A stretch of 56,853 nucleotides of DNA from the NCBI GenBank assembly GCA_019323495.1, contig JAHWHE010000060.1, positions 1-56,853 of the forward strand, in the 5' to 3' direction. Shown here in pieces: positions 1 to 7,631 of this stretch; position 1 is the stretch's first letter; each line of letters opens with the position of its first letter. Made by a program: the position numbers and the translations under genes. Source of the DNA: Candidatus Woesearchaeota archaeon. Its GTDB lineage: Archaea; Nanobdellota; Nanobdellia; Woesearchaeales; WJKV01. The notes under the pieces are model-generated. The model saw only the letters and a program-made list of their open reading frames with translations. It was not told the DNA's origin and ran no database searches.

Positions 1-177
1 ATCGGAAGTATGCTTTCAGATTTATTGGCCCATAATCTGGCAGTAGAGCACAAGAGAAAAAAACTCAAGGAAGCTGAAAAATTATTGATACCGCCTGCTG
101 AAAGAGAAACTAAAACAGAAGAAAAACTAACAGCTGCAATCGAAGAAGAACGTGAAAAAGCAGAGATAGAAACCTAA
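1..177 (+). CDS. 3' end of a CDS that starts upstream of the window (K/E-rich coiled-coil tail, function unknown)
   Basis: Frame +1 is open from base 1 to TAA at 175-177 (...LKEAEKLLIPPAERETKTEEKLTAAIEEEREKAEIET*). No start codon in the window. Confidence 0.35.
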   Translation: MGSMLSDLLAHNLAVEHKRKKLKEAEKLLIPPAERETKTEEKLTAAIEEEREKAEIET

Positions 178-830
178 GCTACAAGAACTAAATTCTCTCT
201 TTTCCTGTCATAAATTCTTTCCTTAGCCCATTTATCGATTCTTGCGATATTCTCACTATTCAAATACAATTTGTCTGCGACAGATTTCTTTTCAGTAGGA
301 GCAGATGCAATATAGTGTCCTATCAACTGATCTACGCATTCTATTGCTTTTTCGATTCTTTTTTCAACATCCTCTGCCTCGCCTTCGTGCTTCTCTCTGC
401 CGAAAAGGCTCTGGCCGAATTGATGATTCTCCAAAAGATTGTATTTGAATTCAAGCAATTTCTTAACTTTCATTCCTAGACCCAGATCTGCGTTTTTGCC
501 GTTCAAATATGGTTTTATTGCTACAAGGAAGTATCTTGAGTCTGTCTCATAAAATTCATCTTCTGTTATGCCCCTTTCAATTTTGAATCTACCCATGCCT
601 GCTTTTCTTTCGCGAAGAAGTTCTGGATTGTAGCCATCTTCCCATTGCGCAGTTACATGGCTTCTTCTTAAGTTTGCAAATATCTCATCAATTAGTTCAT
701 TAACCCTATCCTGGCCCAATGGCCTTCTAACTAAGTCAGCCAAATCTCTTTCTACATCTCCTAATTCATCAGAAATCTTTTTTACAAGCTCGTCGCTTGG
801 TCCATTGGGGTTGTAGTAAGTAAGCTCCAT
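174..830 (-). CDS. hypothetical protein (218 aa, soluble, no recognisable motif)
   Basis: Long ORF with ordinary amino-acid composition. It fills the gap between its neighbours and overlaps the convergent partial CDS by 4 nt. Confidence 0.6.
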   Translation of the reverse strand: MELTYYNPNGPSDELVKKISDELGDVERDLADLVRRPLGQDRVNELIDEIFANLRRSHVTAQWEDGYNPELLRERKAGMGRFKIERGITEDEFYETDSRYFLVAIKPYLNGKNADLGLGMKVKKLLEFKYNLLENHQFGQSLFGREKHEGEAEDVEKRIEKAIECVDQLIGHYIASAPTEKKSVADKLYLNSENIARIDKWAKERIYDRKRENLVLVA

Positions 831-856
831 CGTATTCTATATAATGTAAGCCCTAG

Positions 857-872
857 TATTTAAACCTTTCGG
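857..872 (+). promoter_or_regulatory. candidate archaeal promoter: TATA box plus CTTTCG proximal motif (TATTTAAACCTTTCGG)
   Basis: The same 16-mer recurs at 47808-47826 upstream of the Rpp21 gene at a similar distance (~50 nt) from the start codon. Related versions lie at 3244-3263 and 42428-42445. Confidence 0.35.
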
Positions 873-911
873 TCTGTAGCCTCTTATAAGTAGTGACAAA
901 CGTTTTTAAAT

Positions 912-1649
912 GTGCAGGCTATCCATATTCTAATGGCAGTTAAACACAGCCTTAAAAGAGTGAGCAAGGAGACAGTAGTCAGTATTTTTAGAGAGTATTT
1001 AAGCAAAGGGCATGACATTGGCTTTGTAGAGAGGGCGCTTTTAAAGGCAGAATGCCCAAAAAGGATAATAAAAGAGGCCAAAAAAGAGCTTAAAATTGGC
1101 TTAAAGCAGAAGAAACAGCCCAAAATAGCGCAAAAACCAAAATTCATACCTAAGAAACAGGCGCCTATATTCAAACCAAAACCAATTATAATGGCGACTA
1201 AAACTCAGCCAAGGGTCATAACTCCGCCAAAATTGCCTAAGATTAGGGCTCCGCAAGGCAAGTACCTTCATCCTTTGATCATAATTCTTGCGTGCGTTGC
1301 AGTGGTGATCATATTACTAATGCTTCTTTCATTCGGCACCAAGAATTGCGGTTCAAATGAAGCCTGCATGATTGAAAAGGCGAATGCCTGCGAACCTGCA
1401 AGATTCAAAAACATGGTAGACACCACTGAACTCAGTTATCTAATAGGAGACGATTGCTCAATAACAAAACAGATAACAAGGCTTGGGGAAAAGGAACCAA
1501 AAGAAGTAAAAGATCTTTTCCTTGGGCTAAGCATGAAATGCACTTATAATAGAGGTGCTTTCAGCAGGACTTATCTAACAGACATTAGTGGCAATCTAGA
1601 AACTTGCGAAGGCCCGCTTGCAGCAGTCATAACAGAATTAAGGAGATAA
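912..1649 (+). CDS. hypothetical single-pass membrane protein (basic N-terminal part, one TM, Cys-containing C-terminal ectodomain)
   Basis: TM segment LIIILACVAVVIILLMLLSF. The first codon at 912 is GTG and the first ATG is at 933 (MAVKHSLK...), so the start is uncertain. The antisense ORF 884-1174 is low-complexity. Confidence 0.6.
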   Translation: MQAIHILMAVKHSLKRVSKETVVSIFREYLSKGHDIGFVERALLKAECPKRIIKEAKKELKIGLKQKKQPKIAQKPKFIPKKQAPIFKPKPIIMATKTQPRVITPPKLPKIRAPQGKYLHPLIIILACVAVVIILLMLLSFGTKNCGSNEACMIEKANACEPARFKNMVDTTELSYLIGDDCSITKQITRLGEKEPKEVKDLFLGLSMKCTYNRGAFSRTYLTDISGNLETCEGPLAAVITELRR

Positions 1650-3212
1650 AAGAACTCTTCCATTTCTTGCTTTGAATTTGCCTTTCTTTATTTCAGCGAC
1701 TAATTCTTCTATTGTTCTGACAGGATTTTCAAATTCTGTGAAAAACACACCAACTTCTCCAGGACAGTGCGCATCGCTTCCTCCTGTCCCTGGCAGGTCT
1801 AATTTAGCAGCAGCTTCCTGCCCTTTTTTATTGTCCTCATCACTTAATTGTCCGTTAAGCACTTCGACCGCGCTAATATTTCTTATATTGTAAATGTCGT
1901 CGCACAACTTCTTTGTGTAGTCTTTTTTGTAAGGATGGGAAGGAATAGCGACCCCTCCTTTTTCTACAACAAAATCAATTATTTCTTGTGCAGGACCATA
2001 TTTTCCAAACTTTCTGAAAACTTCATCGCTGTCGATACCAAAGATCAAGAAATGCCCTTTATCAGTATGGTATTCGGCTCCTCTGATGACTGGAAAACTC
2101 AAGAGAGCAGAAGCGTTATCAGCAGACTCGCTTGCCTCAAAGCTCATGTGCTCTGTAATAGCTATTCCGTCAAGGCCTATTTCTTTTGCACGAGTTATTG
2201 CTTGCTCATTAGTCATCGCACAATCTTTACCGTTTCTTGTATGCGAATGCATCTCTATCCTGCAAGCAAACGGGTTCAATAATTGCTCGCCTAATTGCAC
2301 CAAATAATCATGATCCTCTAATCTGCTGCCTTTGAGATCGTCAGGAATTCCGCTGTATCCATAAAATGCTCCTGCCATTGAACCTGCAATGCAGGCAATG
2401 CTGTCTGTATCTCCAGGGCAAGCGCTGGCCCCTATAGCTACTACATCTCTAAAATCAGCTCCCTTTGCAAATGCATAAAATGCAAAAGGCACAGTTTCTA
2501 TTGCAGCTTCATATGTTCCAATCTCTTTTATTGCATCAGATATGCTTTTGTCCTTTATCGAAACTGCGTGTCTTATCCTTTCATATAATTCATTATCTTC
2601 AACGTGGTCCAGTGCCTTTTCAATAGCTTCTTCTTTACTATAGCCGTTCATCAAATAACCAATAGTTGCAGCAACAGCTGCACAGCTTTCTCTAGTAACT
2701 GTGCTGTTGTGTGTAGGCACGCTTGACTGCCTTGCAACTTTAACAAGGTTTTCCAAGTCTTGATACCACATGACACCTACTGGCGCCACTCTCATTGCAG
2801 AGCCGCACGTTCTGGCAGACTCGCTGCCTGTTCTTCTTGGATCGCCTCCATGCAAAAGCTTCGCTGCAGCTCTCATGCTGGTTCCGCCTGGAAATCTGCA
2901 GAAATTAAAATCGTCTTGGTTTCTTTTTCCCCAGTACGCCAATTTCTTGCCAAAATCTTCCATAGAGAATCCCCTTTTACGGACCAAGGATTCTGCAAGA
3001 GCTATAAGCTGCTGTGTATCATCTGTATACTGCCCTGCTGAAAGATGCTTGCAAGGGCTTGATGGGCATGGGCCCATAAACTTGTCAGCTCTTCCGCCAT
3101 AATATTTGCTTAAATCTTCACTAGAAATATACTCAGTAGGAGCACCAATTGCATCACCGACTGCAGCCCCAATAATGCAGCCAACTGCTCTGTCTTCTTT
3201 TTCATTATACAT
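1638..3212 (-). CDS. fusion protein: N-terminal ADP-ribosylglycohydrolase (ARH/DraG family) plus C-terminal PHP-family metal-dependent phosphoesterase
   Basis: N-terminal GCIIGAAVGDAIGAPTEY ... YTDDTQQ ... GDTDSIACIAGSMAGAFYG is typical of ARH. The C-terminal half has PHP motifs EMHSHT, ITEHMS, GAEYH, IPSHPY and GGSDAH. Confidence 0.8.
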   Translation of the reverse strand: MYNEKEDRAVGCIIGAAVGDAIGAPTEYISSEDLSKYYGGRADKFMGPCPSSPCKHLSAGQYTDDTQQLIALAESLVRKRGFSMEDFGKKLAYWGKRNQDDFNFCRFPGGTSMRAAAKLLHGGDPRRTGSESARTCGSAMRVAPVGVMWYQDLENLVKVARQSSVPTHNSTVTRESCAAVAATIGYLMNGYSKEEAIEKALDHVEDNELYERIRHAVSIKDKSISDAIKEIGTYEAAIETVPFAFYAFAKGADFRDVVAIGASACPGDTDSIACIAGSMAGAFYGYSGIPDDLKGSRLEDHDYLVQLGEQLLNPFACRIEMHSHTRNGKDCAMTNEQAITRAKEIGLDGIAITEHMSFEASESADNASALLSFPVIRGAEYHTDKGHFLIFGIDSDEVFRKFGKYGPAQEIIDFVVEKGGVAIPSHPYKKDYTKKLCDDIYNIRNISAVEVLNGQLSDEDNKKGQEAAAKLDLPGTGGSDAHCPGEVGVFFTEFENPVRTIEELVAEIKKGKFKARNGRVLLSP

Positions 3213-3243
3213 TTTGTGCCTCGAAAATCAAAATATTCCGTGA

Positions 3244-3253
3244 CTTTATAAAG
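3244..3253. promoter_or_regulatory. palindromic TATA-like box CTTTATAAAG in a divergent intergenic region
   Basis: Perfect 10-bp palindrome ~36 nt upstream of the minus-strand start at 3212. A second TATA-like TTTATAAATA at 3290-3299 faces the plus-strand gene at 3342. Confidence 0.3.
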
Positions 3254-3341
3254 CTTTCGTTTTGTCACCACTATAAAAGGACAAATTCATTTATAAATAA
3301 GCTACCTCACTTTTATATATTCGCCCAAATTCCGCCCGAAT

Positions 3342-4538
3342 ATGGGGGATGAAGGGAAAGAAGCAGTAGAGAGACCTGAGATAAATATAGAGGAAATACC
3401 TTATTCTATCGAATCAATCATGGCAGATGCGCGAGAAAGCTTTGCAGAGAAAAAACCGCCTAGATCGACTACTGGAGAGCTTACAAAGCTGCTTGTCGCA
3501 GCAGAAGAAGCAGACAGGGACGATTTGGTTGCAAGAATAAAAACAACAATGATGAACTGCGGAATAATTCAAAAGCTATGGGACAAGATGAATTCAACCA
3601 ATGGCATACTTGAAGTGTATATCTCATACGATGAGCTTAGCTTCTTGGATCCTTCCTTGCAAAAAGAAGACTTCGATGCCATGATCAAATACAACCCTGG
3701 ATTTTCTGCAAATTCTTACCAGAAAAAGATGCTGGCAAAAGACGCACTTGGATATTTAGACCTGAGAAAGAGATACGAACCAGCACACATAGTTGCAGAA
3801 AAAATAGGTAAAAACCTAAATAGGCCTGTGGAAGATGTGAAACGTCATTTAAGATTTGTCAAAAAATCTTCTGCATTGAGAGACTGTGCAATAAACCTGG
3901 GCAGTCTAAGAGGAAAAGGAAGCCCATTTTATTTGATATCGAAGTCAAGGATAGCAGATGTCCAGACTTTTATCCAGAAAAAATTCGAAGCAGAAGAAAG
4001 GGAAAGTGTTCCTTCTTTGACAGATGTCCCTGAAAACTACGTACACATAGAGATCGCTTGCGAACAGACAGGCATCACATACAGCGAACTAATTAGAGCT
4101 GCTAAAGAGGGTAAGATCCTGCATGCAGCAGAGACAAGAGGAAAATCAGTCATCATCCACTTCGATCCTATATCTTTGGAAGAGTATGTGACTGCAAAAA
4201 AGCAGAGACGAAGCACAACTGCGATCGAAACAAATCCTAAACCTGCAGAAAAGCTCGCACCAAAAAAAATAGAGCCTGCAAACGATGAATCTATAGTATA
4301 CAACAATTTTTATGCTCCTGTGGAAATCAACAACGGACCAATACCTATAGAAAGAATCCTTGAAAACAGCCATTTTTTGACAGAGAACCAATTAAGGGTA
4401 ATTTACAACCTTACGCATGAGCAAGTCGGAAAAATAATAGCATCCGGCAAGCTTAAGCACGAAGTGCTTGCAGGAAAAACGCGATACTGTGTAGCTAACT
4501 GGTTTGCAGAGAGCCTAAGACGAGAATTAGACATTTAG
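3342..4538 (+). CDS. hypothetical protein with at least two excisionase/MerR-like helix-turn-helix-looking segments
   Basis: Two segments, IACEQTGITYSELIRAAKEGKILHAAETRGKSVIIHFDPISLEEYV and LTENQLRVIYNLTHEQVGKIIASGKLKHEVLAGKTRYCVANWF, have the shape of short HTH_17-type modules. There is no enzymatic motif. Confidence 0.6.
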   Translation: MGDEGKEAVERPEINIEEIPYSIESIMADARESFAEKKPPRSTTGELTKLLVAAEEADRDDLVARIKTTMMNCGIIQKLWDKMNSTNGILEVYISYDELSFLDPSLQKEDFDAMIKYNPGFSANSYQKKMLAKDALGYLDLRKRYEPAHIVAEKIGKNLNRPVEDVKRHLRFVKKSSALRDCAINLGSLRGKGSPFYLISKSRIADVQTFIQKKFEAEERESVPSLTDVPENYVHIEIACEQTGITYSELIRAAKEGKILHAAETRGKSVIIHFDPISLEEYVTAKKQRRSTTAIETNPKPAEKLAPKKIEPANDESIVYNNFYAPVEINNGPIPIERILENSHFLTENQLRVIYNLTHEQVGKIIASGKLKHEVLAGKTRYCVANWFAESLRRELDI

Positions 4539-4639
4539 CATTTATTTTCATTTACTTTATAAACAAGAATAAGGGCTAACAAAAAGATTTATATATTTAA
4601 TGTGATTATTGTTCCTTACTCTTGAGGGAGGTTTTGGAG

Positions 4640-5089
4640 ATGAGAAATACGTTTCTTAATATAAAGAACCACTTTACAAAACGACTAGGTAATAGAGGCC
4701 AGGAACAAGCAGAAGAACCTATGCAAGAAGAATACCTAGAATTGACACAGGAACTTTCACCAGAAGACAGGCCAAAAATTACAGTAAAACCGTTTGTAAT
4801 GGAAGATTTTGAAGACATTAAACCAATTCTTGACGACTTGAGAAAAGGAAGGACGATTGCGCTTATCAATATTCAGCCGCTGAAGGAAAAGGATATTGTT
4901 GAACTAAAGCGAGCAGTCAACAAGCTTAAGAAAACTTGCGACGCAATCAGAGGGGATATCGCAGGTTTCGGAGAAGACTATATAGTAGCAACTCCAGAAT
5001 TTGCTTATGTCCACAGATCCAGCTCAGAAAGACAAGAGAAATCACAGCAACAGCAGCAGCAACAAGAAGACATGGAATCTTATTATTAG
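4640..5089 (+). CDS. sepF: cell-division protein SepF homolog (DUF552) with a poly-Q C-terminal tail
   Basis: ITVKPFVMEDFEDIKPILDDLRKGRTIALINIQPL...LKRAVNKLKKTCDAIRGDIAGFGEDYIVATP matches the SepF core pattern. ATG at 4640 is preceded by GGGAGG at 4626-4631; the ORF track starts at TTG 4622. Confidence 0.75.
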   Translation: MRNTFLNIKNHFTKRLGNRGQEQAEEPMQEEYLELTQELSPEDRPKITVKPFVMEDFEDIKPILDDLRKGRTIALINIQPLKEKDIVELKRAVNKLKKTCDAIRGDIAGFGEDYIVATPEFAYVHRSSSERQEKSQQQQQQQEDMESYY

Positions 5090-5107
5090 TTCTTTTTTTT
5101 CTTTATT
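5090..5107 (+). terminator. oligo-T tract directly after the sepF stop (candidate archaeal terminator)
   Basis: TTCTTTTTTTTCTTTATT immediately follows the TAG. Confidence 0.3.
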
Positions 5108-5148
5108 TATCAAAACATTTTTAAACTAAAAAATAGTTCCAGTTGAGC

Positions 5149-5685
5149 ATGGAAAAATTACCAGGCCAAGAATGCCCTGCTTGTAAGGCAAAAACACTCA
5201 CCTTGCTGCAGGAAGAGCTGGACATTCCGTTTTTCGGACTTACTTTTATATTCTCTATGCAGTGCGATAGCTGCGGTTTCAAGAAGTCAGACATAGAGGC
5301 AGCAGAATTAAAGGACCCATGCAAATATGAGGTAGAGATAGAAAGCAAGGACGACCTGAACATCAGGGTAGTCAAGTCTTCGCAGGCAATAGTCAAATGG
5401 CCTGACTTCAAGCTCACGATTGAGCCTGGAATAAATGCAGAGGGTTTTGTCGCGAATGTAGAAAAGATGCTGAATGACATATACAAAGTGCTGGAATTCA
5501 ACAGAGAGACAGAAGAAGACAAAGCTAAAAAGAAGAAATTATGGAAATTAATGGACAAGGTTCTTGACGTCAAGGAAGGAAGAGACAAGACCAAGCTTAT
5601 AATAGAGGACCCGACAGGAAACAGCGCAATCATCAGCAAGAAAGCAGAAAAAACAGACTTGAGAAAAGCAAAAAGCAAGAAATAA
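5149..5685 (+). CDS. ZPR1-type zinc-finger protein
   Basis: CPACKAKTLTL...IPFFGLTFIFSMQCDSCGFKKSD is the ZPR1 zinc-ribbon pattern, followed by the beta-rich ZPR1 A-domain. ATG is at 5149 (the ORF track starts at TTG 5143). Confidence 0.75.
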   Translation: MEKLPGQECPACKAKTLTLLQEELDIPFFGLTFIFSMQCDSCGFKKSDIEAAELKDPCKYEVEIESKDDLNIRVVKSSQAIVKWPDFKLTIEPGINAEGFVANVEKMLNDIYKVLEFNRETEEDKAKKKKLWKLMDKVLDVKEGRDKTKLIIEDPTGNSAIISKKAEKTDLRKAKSKK

Positions 5686-5686
5686 G

Positions 5687-6439
5687 TTATTCTATGTTCT
5701 TTAACTTTCCAAAATGCAAAACTTCTTCATCGCTCACGACCCAGCAGTCAAACTCGTCAAGACTCTGCTGCAGATAGGGAGACAATAGTACTTCTTTCAT
5801 GACATCTGTTCCTTCTGTTACAAGGCAGAAAGAAGGCTGCACTATCAGTGTTTTTCCTTTGTACTTTCCTTTCAGAAAGCACTTGTACTTCTCGACCCTG
5901 ACAGCGCCTGGGCTTTCCCGCAGACTGACAGCAGGATGTTCGTGCGCAATAATCAAAGTATCGCTTTTATTGAAATTCAATGTCTCGCACAGCTTGTGTC
6001 CATGCATAACTAGAATAGTTTTCCCATCGCTATCAACTAAAAACTCATCCACAACATCAAGATTTCGTTTCTCTGCAATAGGACCTAAAATTGTGTCATG
6101 GTTTCCTTTAATCAAGACTATCTTGCTGCATCTCTCTGCAAGGAAATCAAACACCTTCAAAGCCTCTCTCCATTCCTGCATGCTTATCTGTCCGAACTCA
6201 TGCTTCAGGTCCCCGTTTATCACAACAGTTTTAATCTTTATTTTTTCTTTTTCCAGAAAATCAAATATGTTTTCAAGCCTGTTCATCGTATCCTTGAACT
6301 GGAAGCGGGGAACCAAAACACCTTGTTTTGTCAATGCTTCTTCATAACCAATATGGAAATCTGCGAATATCAGCACATCATTGACTAATAATGCAAGATC
6401 TATTATCTTTATTACATTAGTTATTTCAATTGCCTTCAT
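5687..6439 (-). CDS. calcineurin-like metallophosphoesterase, archaeal SbcD/Mre11-related (MPE/PdeM-like) family
   Basis: Metallophosphoesterase motifs in order: FADFHIG, INGDLKHEF, IKGNHD, MHGH, AHEHP. Confidence 0.8.
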   Translation of the reverse strand: MKAIEITNVIKIIDLALLVNDVLIFADFHIGYEEALTKQGVLVPRFQFKDTMNRLENIFDFLEKEKIKIKTVVINGDLKHEFGQISMQEWREALKVFDFLAERCSKIVLIKGNHDTILGPIAEKRNLDVVDEFLVDSDGKTILVMHGHKLCETLNFNKSDTLIIAHEHPAVSLRESPGAVRVEKYKCFLKGKYKGKTLIVQPSFCLVTEGTDVMKEVLLSPYLQQSLDEFDCWVVSDEEVLHFGKLKNIE

Positions 6440-6539
6440 ATAAACAATCTATATTACTTGGTTTATAAAATTTTGCGAATGTTTATATACCTCAAGCATT
6501 TATATTAACTAACAAAATCCAGCTTCAATCTATACTAAA

Positions 6540-7631
6540 ATGCAAAAACTGTTCAAAAGTTTGGAAACCAGAGTATTGCAGGACACTTTTTCTCCTGAAT
6601 TAGAAGAACATAGGACTCCTATCTATTGCGCGAGAAGAATAAAAGACAAGATAGTAGAAACCTTGAGGGACAGCAAACTTAGAAGAGCATATCTTCATGG
6701 CCTCAATTTAGCCTTAGGCTCACTCTATAAACCAATAGAGATCGGAAAACGAAAATTAAAAGAAAGGGAATTAAGAAGAACGCATTATTTCATTAACTTA
6801 CACTATCATTCTGGCTATCCGTTCTCTTTGGATGCAGTAAGGCACAGGGATCCGTTCGTAGCAACTATAAAGCATATGAGAAAACAGGATGTAAGAATTT
6901 TGTATGTGACAGATCACGACAATAATTTCTTCTTCTGGACATTAAGAACAGACCCTCCAAAATGGGTCACAAAAAATTACGACATGCACTGCGATGACTG
7001 GATGATAACTTTAGTGCCTAAAAAAGGGCTTCTCAGGAAAAGAAAATTAAAAACACTTTACATCATGAATGCACAGGAATACCACATAAGATTGAATCCT
7101 GACGACAAACTAAGACTCAATCTGGAGATGATAGCACCCACAAATGAGTTGCCCGGAAAAGCGCTATTCCCCAACCTTGACCAGCTTCTCTATAAAGCAA
7201 GACACACATTCGTCACTTTGAATCATCCTAATCACTTTGATTCTTTTGAGACAGAAAAAGACATAGTTTCTGCGCTAGAAGCGGCAGACAAGATAGGAAC
7301 TCCGATGATAGTTGAAAGATTCAATGGAGGAGTCACGCCTGTGCAGGGTTACGTGAATCTGTTCGCACAGCAGATATGCGAAAAATATCCCGTTCCTAAT
7401 TTTGTTGGCTCTGACCTGCACATCCCATTAAAGCCAGCAGGCGTCTGGATCAGGAAAGGTCTGCTGAAAACCGCATTAGCCTCAAGAAACGGACTTCATG
7501 TAAACCAGACAATAAGAGACGCCTTGCTAGGTAAGACAGTTTCGACTCCTTCTGATATAATAGGAAGAGAAATATATTCGAATCCTGCAAGCATCTTCAT
7601 GAGCTATGTTGGAAAGAAATTGACAGGCTAG
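6540..7631 (+). CDS. hypothetical protein, probable PHP-family phosphoesterase
   Basis: His/Asp motifs resembling PHP: NLHYHSGY, LYVTDHDN, LNHPNH, GSDLH. The assignment rests on motif order only. Confidence 0.5.
   Translation: MQKLFKSLETRVLQDTFSPELEEHRTPIYCARRIKDKIVETLRDSKLRRAYLHGLNLALGSLYKPIEIGKRKLKERELRRTHYFINLHYHSGYPFSLDAVRHRDPFVATIKHMRKQDVRILYVTDHDNNFFFWTLRTDPPKWVTKNYDMHCDDWMITLVPKKGLLRKRKLKTLYIMNAQEYHIRLNPDDKLRLNLEMIAPTNELPGKALFPNLDQLLYKARHTFVTLNHPNHFDSFETEKDIVSALEAADKIGTPMIVERFNGGVTPVQGYVNLFAQQICEKYPVPNFVGSDLHIPLKPAGVWIRKGLLKTALASRNGLHVNQTIRDALLGKTVSTPSDIIGREIYSNPASIFMSYVGKKLTG

Noticed and set aside
5045-5065. CAG/CAA microsatellite (Q7) at the end of sepF
   Set aside because: Seven codons are too short to call a variable-number repeat. 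It is mentioned only as part of the low-complexity tails.
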